Source: Octopus sinensis
Taxonomy: Eukaryota
Assembly: GCF_006345805.1 (NCBI RefSeq)
Contig: NC_043001.1
Coordinates: 130,448,001-130,512,000 of the forward strand
Direction of reading: 5' to 3'
Length of the DNA: 64,000 nt
The number at the start of each line of letters is the position of its first letter. The first letter of the stretch is position 1. This document shows positions 1 to 11,829 of the stretch, piece after piece. The notes below the pieces were generated by a model. The model made no database searches. It had not been told where the DNA came from and saw only the letters and a list, made by a program, of their open reading frames with translations. The position numbers and the translations under genes are program-made.

Positions 1-39
1 TTGGTAAGCAAACTAGTTACCACACAGCCTATATATATA

Positions 40-480
40 GTAGTTGTCTACTCCTTATGCAGAGTCTGATCACTACTTGTACCTACACCTTAGAACCATC
101 ATGGCATCTGATGTGTTTCTTTTTTAAACCAGACATTTTGAAAAGACACCCACATAGATTGCGTATCCAATTTGAAGCACCAAGTTCTGTTAAGTCCTGA
201 TCTTTGAGGATCTTAAAATGTTTTTGAAGCCTCCATTAGATTTGCAGAACCTCTTGCACACATTGCATTGAAAGGTGGAAAGGTGTGCACAGACATATAG
301 GTAGAATAGTTGCTGTAAGTTCATTTTCCTTGGGCTCACAAATGAGATTTGAAAGGCATGGTCTGTCACAAATTGTGCACACAAAAAGGGTCATTGCGAT
401 TGAGCTTCTTGATAATAACATTCTTCTTTAAATCTCTCGAGTCTTGCATGTGTTATTCTGGCTGCTTCAAATGCTTCCAC
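40..480 (-). mobile_element. Degenerate 3' end of an RTE-clade LINE with C-terminal C2H2-like zinc fingers
   Basis: Minus strand reads FQCNVCKRFCKSNGGFK... with frameshifts; sequence and 3' UTR are homologous to 26198-26447. Confidence 0.7.
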
Positions 481-496
481 TCCACTAAACACTGGG

Positions 497-620
497 CTTC
501 TTTTAGATTTCTGTCTACCAAATCCACTCAGGACTTTGCCCAGCCTTGTTCAGTGGGACTGAACCCAGAACAATATGGTTGGGAAGCAAGCTTCTTACCA
601 CTCAGTCACGCCCGCGCCTA
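497..620 (-). mobile_element. SINE family 1 fragment, internally deleted
   Basis: Matches reverse complement of family-1 head (gggactgaacccagaac, ctaccaaatccactca). Confidence 0.75.
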
Positions 621-1537
621 TGCTTTAGAAGCATATTTTAAGAAAACTTGTAACAGTAAATAATAGTAGTTTTTATCTTGACTGAGATCATTTAATGTCA
701 TCCAAAGAATTATACTGAAACTTAAGAATTTAATAGCTTTGATAGTTTGACAGTTCTTGGACACTTGCAATTATTCCCAGACATATAACAAGTATTATTC
801 ATGAGATGGAGAGGGAGTTGCATCTTAATTTTAACCCCCTCACAATAAAACAGAAAATGAAAAAGCTAAAGAAGGAATTTTTATTGTTTCCCATACGTCG
901 CAGGACATGTTTATGTGTATGTACACTAAGGAAAATAGAAACAAATAAACTCATAGACACATAATCACATACGTAAACACACACACACGTGTTTATATAC
1001 ATATATTAATATATATATATATAATATATTATATATAATTATATACAACATAAATACATACTACATATCAATATATACATAGACACACATATGTATATAT
1101 ATATATGTGTGTGTGTGTACAATAGTATATATGCATATATTCATAACCATACAGATGTATAAACAAAATCTTTACCCAAAATTTATATATATAGATATAG
1201 GAGGAGAGAGAAAGAAGGAGGGAGAAAGAGAGTGTGAGGAAAAGTAAGAAAGAAAGGAGAGAGAAAAATGCATGGATATAGACTTACATACAAACACATA
1301 TACACACACGAACACGTATCTATATATGCATACAACTTCTTCAGTGTTGCATTTTATAGGTCTCTTTTGACTTAAAAATTTAATATAAAGTGGTCCAGGC
1401 AAATTTAATAGAATGATGTCCAAAATGTAACAACAGCAATACATATACATATATATACACCACACACATACATGAAGATATATGTAATGTGTGTCTGTGT
1501 GTGATATATATATGTAAAAGATATATATACATACATA

Positions 1538-1581
<44 letters not shown>

Positions 1582-1597
1582 GATTATATATACATAC

Positions 1598-1644
<47 letters not shown>

Positions 1645-1875
1645 ATATATAAAAGATATATATACATACATATATATGTATATATATGTGTATAATTATA
1701 TATATATATATATATCTATATATATAATAATACACACACTGAAGTATTTCATGATTACCCTTTATTTTTTGCTAAATTTCATTTATTTTTTCACTTTAAT
1801 TTTTTTTACATATTTTGCATAGCGTAATGTAGGAGTTATTTTTATTAGTAATAAATAAAATATTATTACTGTTAC

Positions 1876-1932
<57 letters not shown>

Positions 1933-2099
1933 TGTCATCATCATCTGCAGCAGCAGCAGCAGTAGTAGTAGTAGCACATATTCTTCTTGATATAAAAGTT
2001 TATTTCATTTTCACATATTGCAATTTGTATGTGGATTTGATTGAGTGCATTTCATGCGTTTTTAGTTCTCTATATGTGGGTAAGTGTATGCATGTGTGT

Positions 2100-2161
2100 G
2101 TCTGCATGCACATACAAATATGTTTATGTGTGTGTGTATGTGTGTGTATATATGTGTAGAC

Positions 2162-2193
<32 letters not shown>

Positions 2194-2506
2194 GTATCTA
2201 TGTATGTATGTATGTATGTATGTATGTATATATGTATGTATGTATGTATGTATATATGTATGTATATATGTATGTATGTATGTATGTATATATGTATGTA
2301 TGTATGTATGTATATATGTATGTATATATGTATGTATGTATGTATATATGTATGTATATATGTATGTATGTATGTATGTATATATGTATGTATATATGTA
2401 TGTATGTATGTATGTATATATGTATGTATATATGTATACATGCATGTATGTATGTATGTATATATGTATGTATATATGTATGTATGTATGTATGTATATA
2501 TGTATG

Positions 2507-2540
<34 letters not shown>

Positions 2541-2574
2541 TATATGTATGTATATATGTATGTATGTATGTATG

Positions 2575-2608
<34 letters not shown>

Positions 2609-2690
2609 TGTATGTATGTATGTATGTATATATGTATGTATGTATGTATGTATATATGTATGTATGTATGTATATGTTTGTGCATGTGCG
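2100..2690. repeat. (TATG)n/(TA)n compound microsatellite
   Basis: About 500 bp of TATG/TATA units; explains the long YVCM/HTYI ORFs. Confidence 0.97.
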
Positions 2691-3398
2691 TGTATGCCTA
2701 CATGCGGAATATAGGTGTGTATGTTTGGAAGTTAGTGGGGAAGGGAATGCAAATGAGAAGAGAAGGAAACGGACAGCTCTTGATGTTAAGGAACCTTCAC
2801 TGGGATTCTTCCTTAAAAAAAAACACACACACAAAAAAACATAGACAAATATATATAATAAACGCAATAAAATAAAATACATTGACAACTGCAATATATA
2901 TGTAACCATAGTAATTAAGTACGTTATCAGGGTAGAGAGGGTTGGAAATGCAAAAATATAAAATGGAAATATAATAAGAATATAAGAGAATAAGAACATT
3001 TTACAGTTTCAGAAAAATATTTTTAATTTTATTGCATCTAACAACATAACGTAAAATAAAACTCATCGTTCTGTTTGACTAATTTTATTTATACATCCTT
3101 TTGTTTATTATTTTTCTTTTAATTTTTACTTGGTTTTTTAAAATTTTTATTTGTTTTTTTATTTTTATTTGTTTTTGACATTTTTTTGTGAGGGTGGGTG
3201 TTGGGAGGAACCTTTGAGTCAAGTCATCAAGATTACAAACATTGAAAATTAAATCTTCTCCCCCAACTCGGGCCCTAAACAACATCAGGGACAACAGAGC
3301 AACACCAGTAATGATAACATCATCGACATAAGTTTTGTTATTGCACACAAGTTAATTGGTCCTGATCTTTATTTTTTTGTCTTGTTCCATTATCTCAC

Positions 3399-3660
3399 AT
3401 TAGCATTTTCTCCTCTTCTCTTCTTCTTCAGTATCCTCTCCTCCTCCTCATCCGGTGGTATTACCCAGAACTGTAAAGGGGTAACAATATCTGTTCAGTA
3501 CTCTGAAATTCAGGCATGTCTTTATGTTCAATTTTTTGTCATTTATCCTCACCCTTTCCTGCCCTTTAAGTAATTACAATGTCCCCTTACAAAAAGGGGT
3601 GTTGACACCCAGCTGGGTAACCACTTCACTAAATATTGAGTTAAATGAGGTATGGCATGT
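3399..3660 (-). other. Candidate pair of small coding exons (3591-3660 and 3399-3470), unverified
   Basis: tatttcag|70 nt|gtaagg, 120-nt intron, ccctttacag|72 nt|gtgaga; join in frame as HAIPHLTQYLVKWLPSWVSTPLF-FWVIPPDEEEERILKKKRRGENAN; protein not recognised. Confidence 0.22.
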
Positions 3661-4022
3661 CTGAAATAATATACGTACGAGCTACTCATATACTTGTAAA
3701 TGGTTCATAAATTACTTCCGTGTAAATGAGTCCTTTCTGAGTAAAAGCAATTGAGAGACCTCCTCTTTTTTTTCTTTGGTTAATAAACATGTTCACACTT
3801 GTGACAGAAATGTCTGTGTAACAAGTTTAACACAAAACAGGTTGTTGCTCATCACTTGTCTAGATGCAGCTCAGAATCAAACTCCGAGATTACATCCCAT
3901 ATGAAGGTGAACCCAGACTGTTCCTCACCTTTCCACAGATTGAGTAATTACTCTAATTGACTCTCAAGATGCATAGAAATGGTTCAATTCATTGCAATAT
4001 GCTAAAGACCCTCTTAATAATG

Positions 4023-4413
4023 GTTTCAAATTTTTTTGCACGAGGCCAGCAATGTTTAGGAGGGGATAATCCGATTACATCAACTATGCATATATTCATA
4101 ATCATACAGATGTATAAACAAAATCTTTACCCAAAATTTATATATATAGATATAGGAGGAGAGAGAAAGAAGGAGGGAGAAAGAGAAAGTGAGGAAAAGT
4201 AAGAAAGAAAGGAGATAGAAAAATGTCCAAAATGTAACAACAGCAATACATATACATATATATACACACACACACTGGTACTTATTTTAACTGACTCCAA
4301 AAGGACGAAATGGCAAAGTGGCCCACAGTAACATTTGAGCTCAAAATGTATAGATGGAAGAGATGCCAGTTAGCATTGCCCAGTGTGCTAACAATTGTAC
4401 CAACTCACCACCT
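4023..4413 (-). mobile_element. SINE family 2 copy with 20-bp target-site duplication and an internal templated insertion
   Basis: taaagaccctcttaataatg at 4003-4022 and 4414-4433; degenerate family-2 body interrupted at 4085-4275. Confidence 0.8.
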
Positions 4414-4469
4414 TAAAGACCCTCTTAATAATGCGTACTGGGACATGTTCTTCTTTCCCTGAGCCCCGT

Positions 4470-4860
4470 GCTAGTAGGGTGCAAAGAGCACCATCCGAGC
4501 ATGATCGTTACCAGAGCAGCTAACTGGCCTCCATGCTGGTGGAATGTAAAAGGCACCATTCGAGCATGATCGTTACCAGCATCGCCTTACTGGCACCTGT
4601 GCCGGTGGTAAGTGTAAAAAGATTCGAGCGAGGTCATTGCCAGTACTGCCTGACTGGCCCCTGTGCCGGTGGCATGTAAAAGCACCCACTATACTCTTGG
4701 AGTGGTTGGCATTAGGAAGGGCATCCAGCTGTAGAAACTCTGCAAGATCAAGATTGAAGCCTGGTGCAGCCATCTGGTTCGCCAGCCCTCAGTCAAATCG
4801 TCCAACCCATGCCAGCATGGAAAGCGGACGTTAAACGATGATGGTGATGATGATGATGAT
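4470..4860 (+). mobile_element. SINE family 3 (ggaagggcatccagctgtagaaac core, (GAT)n tail) with internal tandem units
   Basis: Core at about 4715-4738, ends ggacgttaaacgatgatg; three ~65-bp units upstream. Confidence 0.85.
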
Positions 4861-5019
4861 GTCTCTACCTTTAAAATTTAAGTACGTTGACAATGCTGCT
4901 TGGGGAAATTAAAAGGATGTGAACCTATAACCTTTTGATTGGCTTATGGGTGGTTATCTGAACTGGTAATTCATGGTTCTGAGAAAAGACAGGAGGAAAT
5001 ATATATCTTTTTAAATTCG

Positions 5020-5700
5020 AAACATGGCTGTGTGGTTAAGAAGATCACTTTGCAACCACACTGTTTCAGGTTCAGTTCTACTGTGTGGCACCTTGGGCAA
5101 ATGTCCTCTTCTGTAGCCCCAGGATGAACAGTGCTTTGTGAGTGAATTTGGTAGATGGAAATGTATAAAAAATCCATCATATGTATGTGTGTGTGTGTTT
5201 GCATCTGTATTTGTCTCTCAATCCACCACTCAACAACAGGTGTTGGTTTGTTTACATCACTGTAACATAACAAAGATAGATTTTCAGGAGTAGAAAGAAG
5301 CTTATTTCCCAACCACATGATTCTGGGCTCAGAATTCAGTCCCACTGCATGGCAACTTGGGCAAGGGTCTCCTACTATAGCCTCAGGCCAACCAAAGCCT
5401 TGTGAGTGGATTTGGTAGATGGAAACTAAAAGAAGTCCATCATATGTATGTGTGTGTGTGTGTGTGTGTGTGTCTTTCTGCAATTGTCTCTCCCCACCCA
5501 CCACTTGACCACTGGTCTTGGTTTGTTTACATCACCATAACTTAGTGGTTCTGCAAAAGAGAGCCGTAGAATAAATACCAGACTTAAAAATTAGTCTTGA
5601 AGGCAATCTATCTATTTGATGCAAACAAACTGTTCGACTAAAAGTCATCAAGGTCATGCTCCAGCATGGCTGTAGTCCAATGACTAAAGCAAGTAAATAA
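5020..5700 (+). mobile_element. Two adjacent degenerate SINE family 1 copies
   Basis: Two heads with (cc/ac)ttgggcaa core; second ends ccagcatggc...aagtaaa. Confidence 0.8.
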
Positions 5701-6094
5701 GTATTTCAATAAATTGTAGGGATACAAAATAATGTTGCTCAGTGTTAAAATCTGCTCTGTTGAACAGATTATAGATAAACACAGAGTCATTCGAACTATG
5801 AAAACCTTTTAGGGTGACCACACATACCACAGAATTAGGGTTGCATAATATAGATTTTCAGGAGTAGAATATACATTTCAAATAACATAAACAGAACTTT
5901 ACTGTAACACAACATAATATTCAAGAATCTTGACACACAAGAGGCTAGTGTTAGCACAATATAGAGAGTCCTTCCTTTACAGTAAACTAATTCTTAATTA
6001 CATTTAAATAGCAAGTCCTTTAGTATTAGCATATGCCACTGATCCATTTGCATTGATTATAGGACATTGGATTGGTTTTTTTTTTGCAACTAAT

Positions 6095-6200
6095 GCAGGC
6101 ATGGTTATATGGTAAGACGTTTGCTCCCCAACCACATGATTCTGCCTGATTAAAGCCTTGTAAGTGGATTTGAGAGATGGAAACTGAAAGAAGCCTATTG

Positions 6201-6246
<46 letters not shown>

Positions 6247-6248
6247 TT

Positions 6249-6323
<75 letters not shown>

Positions 6324-6640
6324 GGATAAGATAGATAAGATAGATAGAGAGATAGACAGATAAAGCGATAGATAGATAGAGACAGATAATACATATGTGT
6401 GTGTGTGTGTGTGTGTGTGTGTCTTTGTATCTGTGTTTGTCCCCCTACCTTCACTTGACAACCAGTGTTGGTGTGTTTACATCTCCAGAAATTTAGCAGT
6501 TCATCAAAAGAGATGGATAGAAAAAGAACTTGGCTTAAAAAGTAAGTCATGGGGTTGATCTGTCCAGCTAAAACCCATCAAGGCAGAGCCCCAGCATGGC
6601 CACAGTCAAATGACTGACACAAGTAAAAGATAAAAGGTTA
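6095..6640 (+). mobile_element. SINE family 1 with expanded internal (TA)n/(GATA)n
   Basis: Family-1 head and tail separated by about 230 bp of microsatellite. Confidence 0.8.
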
Positions 6641-6738
6641 AAGATACACAGAAGCTTTCTCTTACTACTTTGATTTTTAAGACAAAAAATATATAAGATG
6701 CCCTTCTTAGGAGTACATTTGAAAAGCCATATAAGGAT

Positions 6739-6968
6739 TTGATCCTTTAGCAGTCATGTTACTCTGTCGAGTGAAATGCTTATTGATTCACATTGTTTCT
6801 AAGCAATCATGCATTATTTGATAGTTTGGGAATTTCAATGCTGTGATTGTCTATCTTTAGAATGACATTGTGGGGTAGGTATGAGAGGCTGGATATGGCT
6901 CATTTGAGCATAAAACATGTAGAATATTCAGACAAGATCTGGTTAGTTCAAATGCTAAAATGTTTAAC
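6739..6968 (-). mobile_element. Degenerate piggyBac-like MITE
   Basis: Reverse-complement homolog of 19112-19331 and 51213-51441; decayed cctttagca/tgctaaa termini. Confidence 0.65.
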
Positions 6969-7005
6969 CATATGGTTATAAATTCTAAATCTTCATAAAC
7001 ATAAA

Positions 7006-7408
7006 GGCGCAGGAGTGGCTGTGTGGGAAGTAGCTTGCTTACCAACCACATGGTTCTGGGTTCAGTCTCACTGCGTGGCACCTTGGGCAAGTGTCTTCTA
7101 CTATAGCCTCGGGCCGACCAAAGCCTTGTGAGTGGATTTGGTAGACGGAAACTGAAAGAAGCCTGTCGTGTATATATATATGTGTGTGTGTGTGTGTTTA
7201 TGTGTCTGTGTTTGTCCCCCTAGCATTGCTTGACAACCGATGCTGGTGTGTTTACGTCCCCGTCACTTAGCGGTTCGGTAAAAGCGACCGATAGAATAAG
7301 TACTGGGCTTACAAAGAATAAGTCCCGGGGTCGATTTGTTCGATTAAAGGCGGTGCTCCAGCATGTCCGCAGTCAAATGACTGAAACAAGTAAAAGAGTA
7401 AAAGAGTA
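7006..7408 (+). mobile_element. Full-length tRNA-derived SINE family 1 (CORE-like central domain)
   Basis: A-box-like tggctgtgtgg, B-box-like ggttcagtc, accttgggcaagt core, internal microsatellite, (gtaaaaga)n tail; over 20 copies in the window. Confidence 0.92.
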
Positions 7409-7913
7409 TAAATATTATAAAGCCAAATAAGGAATTGCCTCATAAGGTTGGGATTTTATTTCCAAAGAATAGGAAATTCTTCACCAACAAAGAAGGACAA
7501 ATACTTTCTAAATGCAGAGTATTTTGATCAAGTTTCAGAGATGGAATACATATACTAACAAGAGTACAGCATCAATGGGCATCAAACTTAATTAGTTGAG
7601 CATTCCTAAAATAAGGAGTAAGTCATCAGTTATGCATATATGAATTAATGGGCAATGGAAACAACACAATGGAAAAAAAAGAAAAAGAAAGGCTTAATAA
7701 TTGAGTGAAACAAACTGTACAGCACCTTTGATAATTCTGTTCCTATTTGAGAAACTAAAGTAAAAAAAAAAAATAATAAGATGTAAAAATGTCTGTTTTG
7801 TGTTTGTTTCTAAACAAGATGTACAATGGATAATATTCTAATTTTCCAATTAGTGCAAATACACACATATAGATACAGATACAGACTCACTCACATAAGC
7901 ACATACATACATA

Positions 7914-7952
<39 letters not shown>

Positions 7953-8265
7953 TACATACAATCAATCACACATGCATAGTTACTATGGGATTAAGCATGT
8001 GCATATGTAAATATAGACGTGCATGTATATGCATGTGTGGCTGTATATATATATATATATATGTATGTATATATTCATACATATATGTATATTTATATTT
8101 ATATATGTATGTATGTATATATACATATGTATATATATATGCATGTATGTATATGTATATATATACATATATATATATATATATAGACGTATAAATATAT
8201 ATATGTATATATATATAGATGTATATATTTATGTATTAATGTATATATATATTTATGTATATATA

Positions 8266-8304
<39 letters not shown>

Positions 8305-8869
8305 AATATAATATATTCATATATATATAAAATATTTACATATTTATATATAAATATTCATGTATGAACATGCACACAAATACTTACAAACACAAACATA
8401 CCACAATCATGTAAGCTACGTACGTGCCGATATAAACAAGAAAAATTTACAGCTCATTAACCAGTTAATTAATTTATAAATATATAGATATGAATAACGC
8501 TCTCACACTCCCGCACACAAACACACGGTCACATACACACACACACATACATGCATGCAACAACAACAACTACAACAGCAACAGCAACAATTCCAAAAGC
8601 AATGGTGAAATTCCTATTAATCTAAATCAGTTACAGACATCGGCATCAGATCTTTTATCTCACTCCAGACTTCTTGTAATTACTCTGACAAACTTCATTG
8701 TTTATTATCAGATACTGTGACTTACAATATATATATACACCAGCGGATTAAATATATATATACATATGTGTGTTTGTGCATTTATGAATTTATATATATA
8801 TATATATGTATATACACATAATTACTTTATTTGATAATCTAGTTCGTAATGTTTATATGTACGCATGTA

Positions 8870-9476
8870 AGCCTCGACTGGCTTCTGTGCCAGTGGCACA
8901 TAAACAGCACCATCCGAACGTGGCCGAAGCCAGCGCCGCCTTAACTGGCTTCTGTGCTGGTGGCACATAAAAAGCACCATCCAAACATGGCTGATGCCAG
9001 CACTGCCTCGACTGGCTTCTGTGACGGTGGCACATAAAATGCACCATCCGAACGTGGCCGATGCCAGTGCCGCCTCGACTGGCTTCTGTGCCGGTGGCAC
9101 ATAAAAAGCACCATCCGAATGTGGCCGATGCCAGCGCCGCCTTAACTGGCTTCTGTGCCGGTGGCACATAAAAAGCACCATCCGAACGTGGCCGATGCCA
9201 GTGCCACCTCGACTGGCTTCTGTGCCGGTGGCACGCTAAAAGCACCAACTGATCGTGGCCGATGCAAGACCCCCCTGGTACCTGTGCTGGTGGCATGTAA
9301 AAAGCACCCACTACACTCGCGGAGTGGTAGGCGTTAGGAAGGGCATCCAGCTGTAGAAACACTGCCAGATCAGACTGGAGCCTGGTGCAGCCCCTGGCTT
9401 CCCAGACCCCGGTTGAAGCGTCCAACCCGTGCTAGCACGGAAAACGGACGTTAAACAATGATGATGATGATGATGA
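8870..9476 (+). mobile_element. SINE family 3 with 67-bp internal minisatellite (about 6 units)
   Basis: ctggcttctg recurs at 8878, 8945, 9012, 9079, 9146, 9213; followed by family-3 core and (GAT)n tail; flanked by 58-bp direct repeat. Confidence 0.9.
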
Positions 9477-9565
9477 ATATATATATATATATATATACAC
9501 ATAATTACTTTATTTGATAATCTAGTTCGTAATGTTTATATGCACGCATGTGCTTTTATTTATAA

Positions 9566-9720
9566 AGCGCAGCACTGGCATGTCTGTGTGGTAAGAAGTT
9601 TGCTACCGCACCACATGGTTCCAGATTCAGCCCCACTGCATGGCACCTTGGGTAAGTGTTTTCTATTACAGCCTTGGGCTGACGAAGTCTAGAGGACAGA
9701 AGCTGAAAGGAATCTGTCAT
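9566..9720 (+). mobile_element. SINE family 1 5' half
   Basis: Head and core homology, ends in (TA)n. Confidence 0.75.
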
Positions 9721-9749
9721 ATATATATATGAATGTATGTGTGTATATG

Positions 9750-9822
<73 letters not shown>

Positions 9823-9827
9823 GTATA

Positions 9828-9932
9828 TAATCAAAATAAGCAACAAGGATATCCAGAGGTAATGCAGTACGATCGTTTCATGCGACTCCAGTGCCTTTAC
9901 CATATTCAACTGAATCTAAATTTCACTGAACT
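9828..9932 (-). mobile_element. (TA)n-embedded fragment carrying the 3' half of a hammerhead-like core
   Basis: Minus strand GAAAC-GATC-GTA-ctgc with palindromic ACGATCGT; no CTGANGA half present. Confidence 0.4.
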
Positions 9933-9934
9933 TA

Positions 9935-9986
<52 letters not shown>

Positions 9987-10127
9987 AAGATTCAAGGTCA
10001 GATTTATCATCAGAATTGGCTCTTCACTAGCTATGTGAAATGACTTACCAAAATTGGCCTTTCATTGTTTATAATCTGTACCTGTGTTTTGGTTATGAAA
10101 TAAGCTACACAAAACAGGTTAAAGTTG

Positions 10128-10580
10128 CCCAGGTTAAAGAGAAAAAGGAAATTTAAAGACGCCGTCTAGATTACGTAGCTTTCAACTACTAGTAGCCGAG
10201 ATACCAACTTTCCACATTAATAACTCTTTATCCCATGTCAGCATGGAACATAGACGTTAAGTGAAATGTTAAAAGAAAGTTTTCAACACATATATGTATA
10301 TAAAGTGAATACACGTAATTCAAAAACATGTTTTCATCATCATCGTTTAACGTCCGCTTTAAACGATGATGATGAAAACATGTTTTTGAATTACGTGTAT
10401 TCACTTTATATACATATATGTGTTGAAAACTTTCTTTTAACATTTCACTTAACGTCTATGTTCCATGCTGACATGGGATAAAGAGTTATTAATGTGGAAA
10501 GTTGGTATCTCGGCTACTAGTAGTTGAAAGCTACGTAATCTAGACGGCGTCTTTAAATTTCTTTTTCTCTTTAACCTGGG
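10128..10580. repeat. Near-perfect palindrome, about 222-bp arms, 8-nt loop
   Basis: 10128-10350 is the reverse complement of 10359-10580 with one 1-nt indel seen; mirrored 71-aa ORFs on both strands. Confidence 0.97.
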
Positions 10581-10609
10581 AAACTCTGGGTATACCTGCA
10601 AGTAAATAC

Positions 10610-10650
<41 letters not shown>

Positions 10651-10919
10651 CATACACATATAAAAATACATATGCACACACACACAAATATACATATTTC
10701 TGCTTCTGACCTGATCATTTTCACCAAGTCTTCAAAATTGTGAGTAGCTGTGTAGCTCCTCTACATCAAGAAACTAGCTTTGCTCTGACCACTTCTCTCA
10801 GACTTTAATTCCTCTTCTCCATAGTTTAACTACACTCAGACATAGGAGATGTTAGATCTGCAAGATTGCACGGCAATGTCACAAACATTGCTGCCATCGA
10901 AACGAAAACAAAACAAAAC

Positions 10920-11080
10920 TAAGCACCCAGTACATGGTATAAAATGGTTGGCATTAGAAAGGGCATCCAACCATGGCAACCTCGCAATGCAGTCTTAAGA
11001 CCTATTGGATCAGGTCAAACCAACAAAACCATGCCACCAGGAAACATGGATGCTAAATGATAATGATGATGATGATGATG
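10920..11080 (+). mobile_element. Degenerate SINE family 3 3' part
   Basis: ttggcattagaaagggcatcc core and (GAT)n tail decaying into (GGT)n. Confidence 0.7.
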
Positions 11081-11569
11081 TTGGTGGTGGTGATGTTGGT
11101 GGTTATGGTGGTGCTGGTGGTGATGGTGGTGATGGTGGTCGTCGTGGTGGTGATGTTCATAACTGTGATGATAATTCAACACATATATACATGCTGTCTT
11201 TAAATTATATGTACACACATTAAATATAAGAACATGGACAGAGAATCTCCTCATAAATATATGTTACATATTATTGGTATTGAATTTGAATATAATTGCC
11301 TTGTTCAAAACAAGGATACAAATAGCACCAAGCAAAAACATAAACACAAGTAACAGCAGACCAGCACGATAATGTATATGACTCTATATACACAAACATA
11401 TACGAATTTATACATATAGGATGCATATCAATATATGAATACACACACAGACACTTACACACATGCACACGTGCATATATATATATATATATATATGCAT
11501 GTGTGTGTGTACATATTGCCGATTCATACATGTGTGTTTGTGTGTATATGTATATACATATGCATGTAA

Positions 11570-11603
<34 letters not shown>

Positions 11604-11734
11604 ATGTGTGTGCACAGATATTAACAATCACTGCTTGAATATAGAACTTTGAATTAATTAGTGTTAAATATTTTCACAACTGACTTTAAGAAAGAAAGAA
11701 AGAAAGAGAAAGCCAATGAATTCAAAAACAATAT

Positions 11735-11736
11735 AC

Positions 11737-11767
<31 letters not shown>

Positions 11768-11770
11768 CAC

Positions 11771-11829
<59 letters not shown>

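Noticed and set aside
2776-2812. Minus-strand 37-nt exon or U12 branch point TTCCTTAAC
   Set aside because: Weak donor, branch-to-AG spacing too short, and no U12 donor noticed
2041-2999. Long ORFs of 180-290 aa (also 47-50 kb and elsewhere)
   Set aside because: Translations of (TATG)n/(TA)n/(CA)n tracts, open in several frames on both strands
2860-3190. A-rich then T-rich blocks as long hairpins (also about 18460, 32860, 36190, 39420)
   Set aside because: Only compositional complementarity; no alignable arms
7006-7080. tRNA genes at SINE heads
   Set aside because: A/B boxes present but no complete cloverleaf, and always continued by a SINE body
8870-9260. CRISPR-like array
   Set aside because: Contiguous tandem units without unique spacers, inside a SINE, eukaryotic context, no cas genes
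10228-10481. Twin 71-aa ORFs on opposite strands
   Set aside because: Automatic consequence of the palindrome
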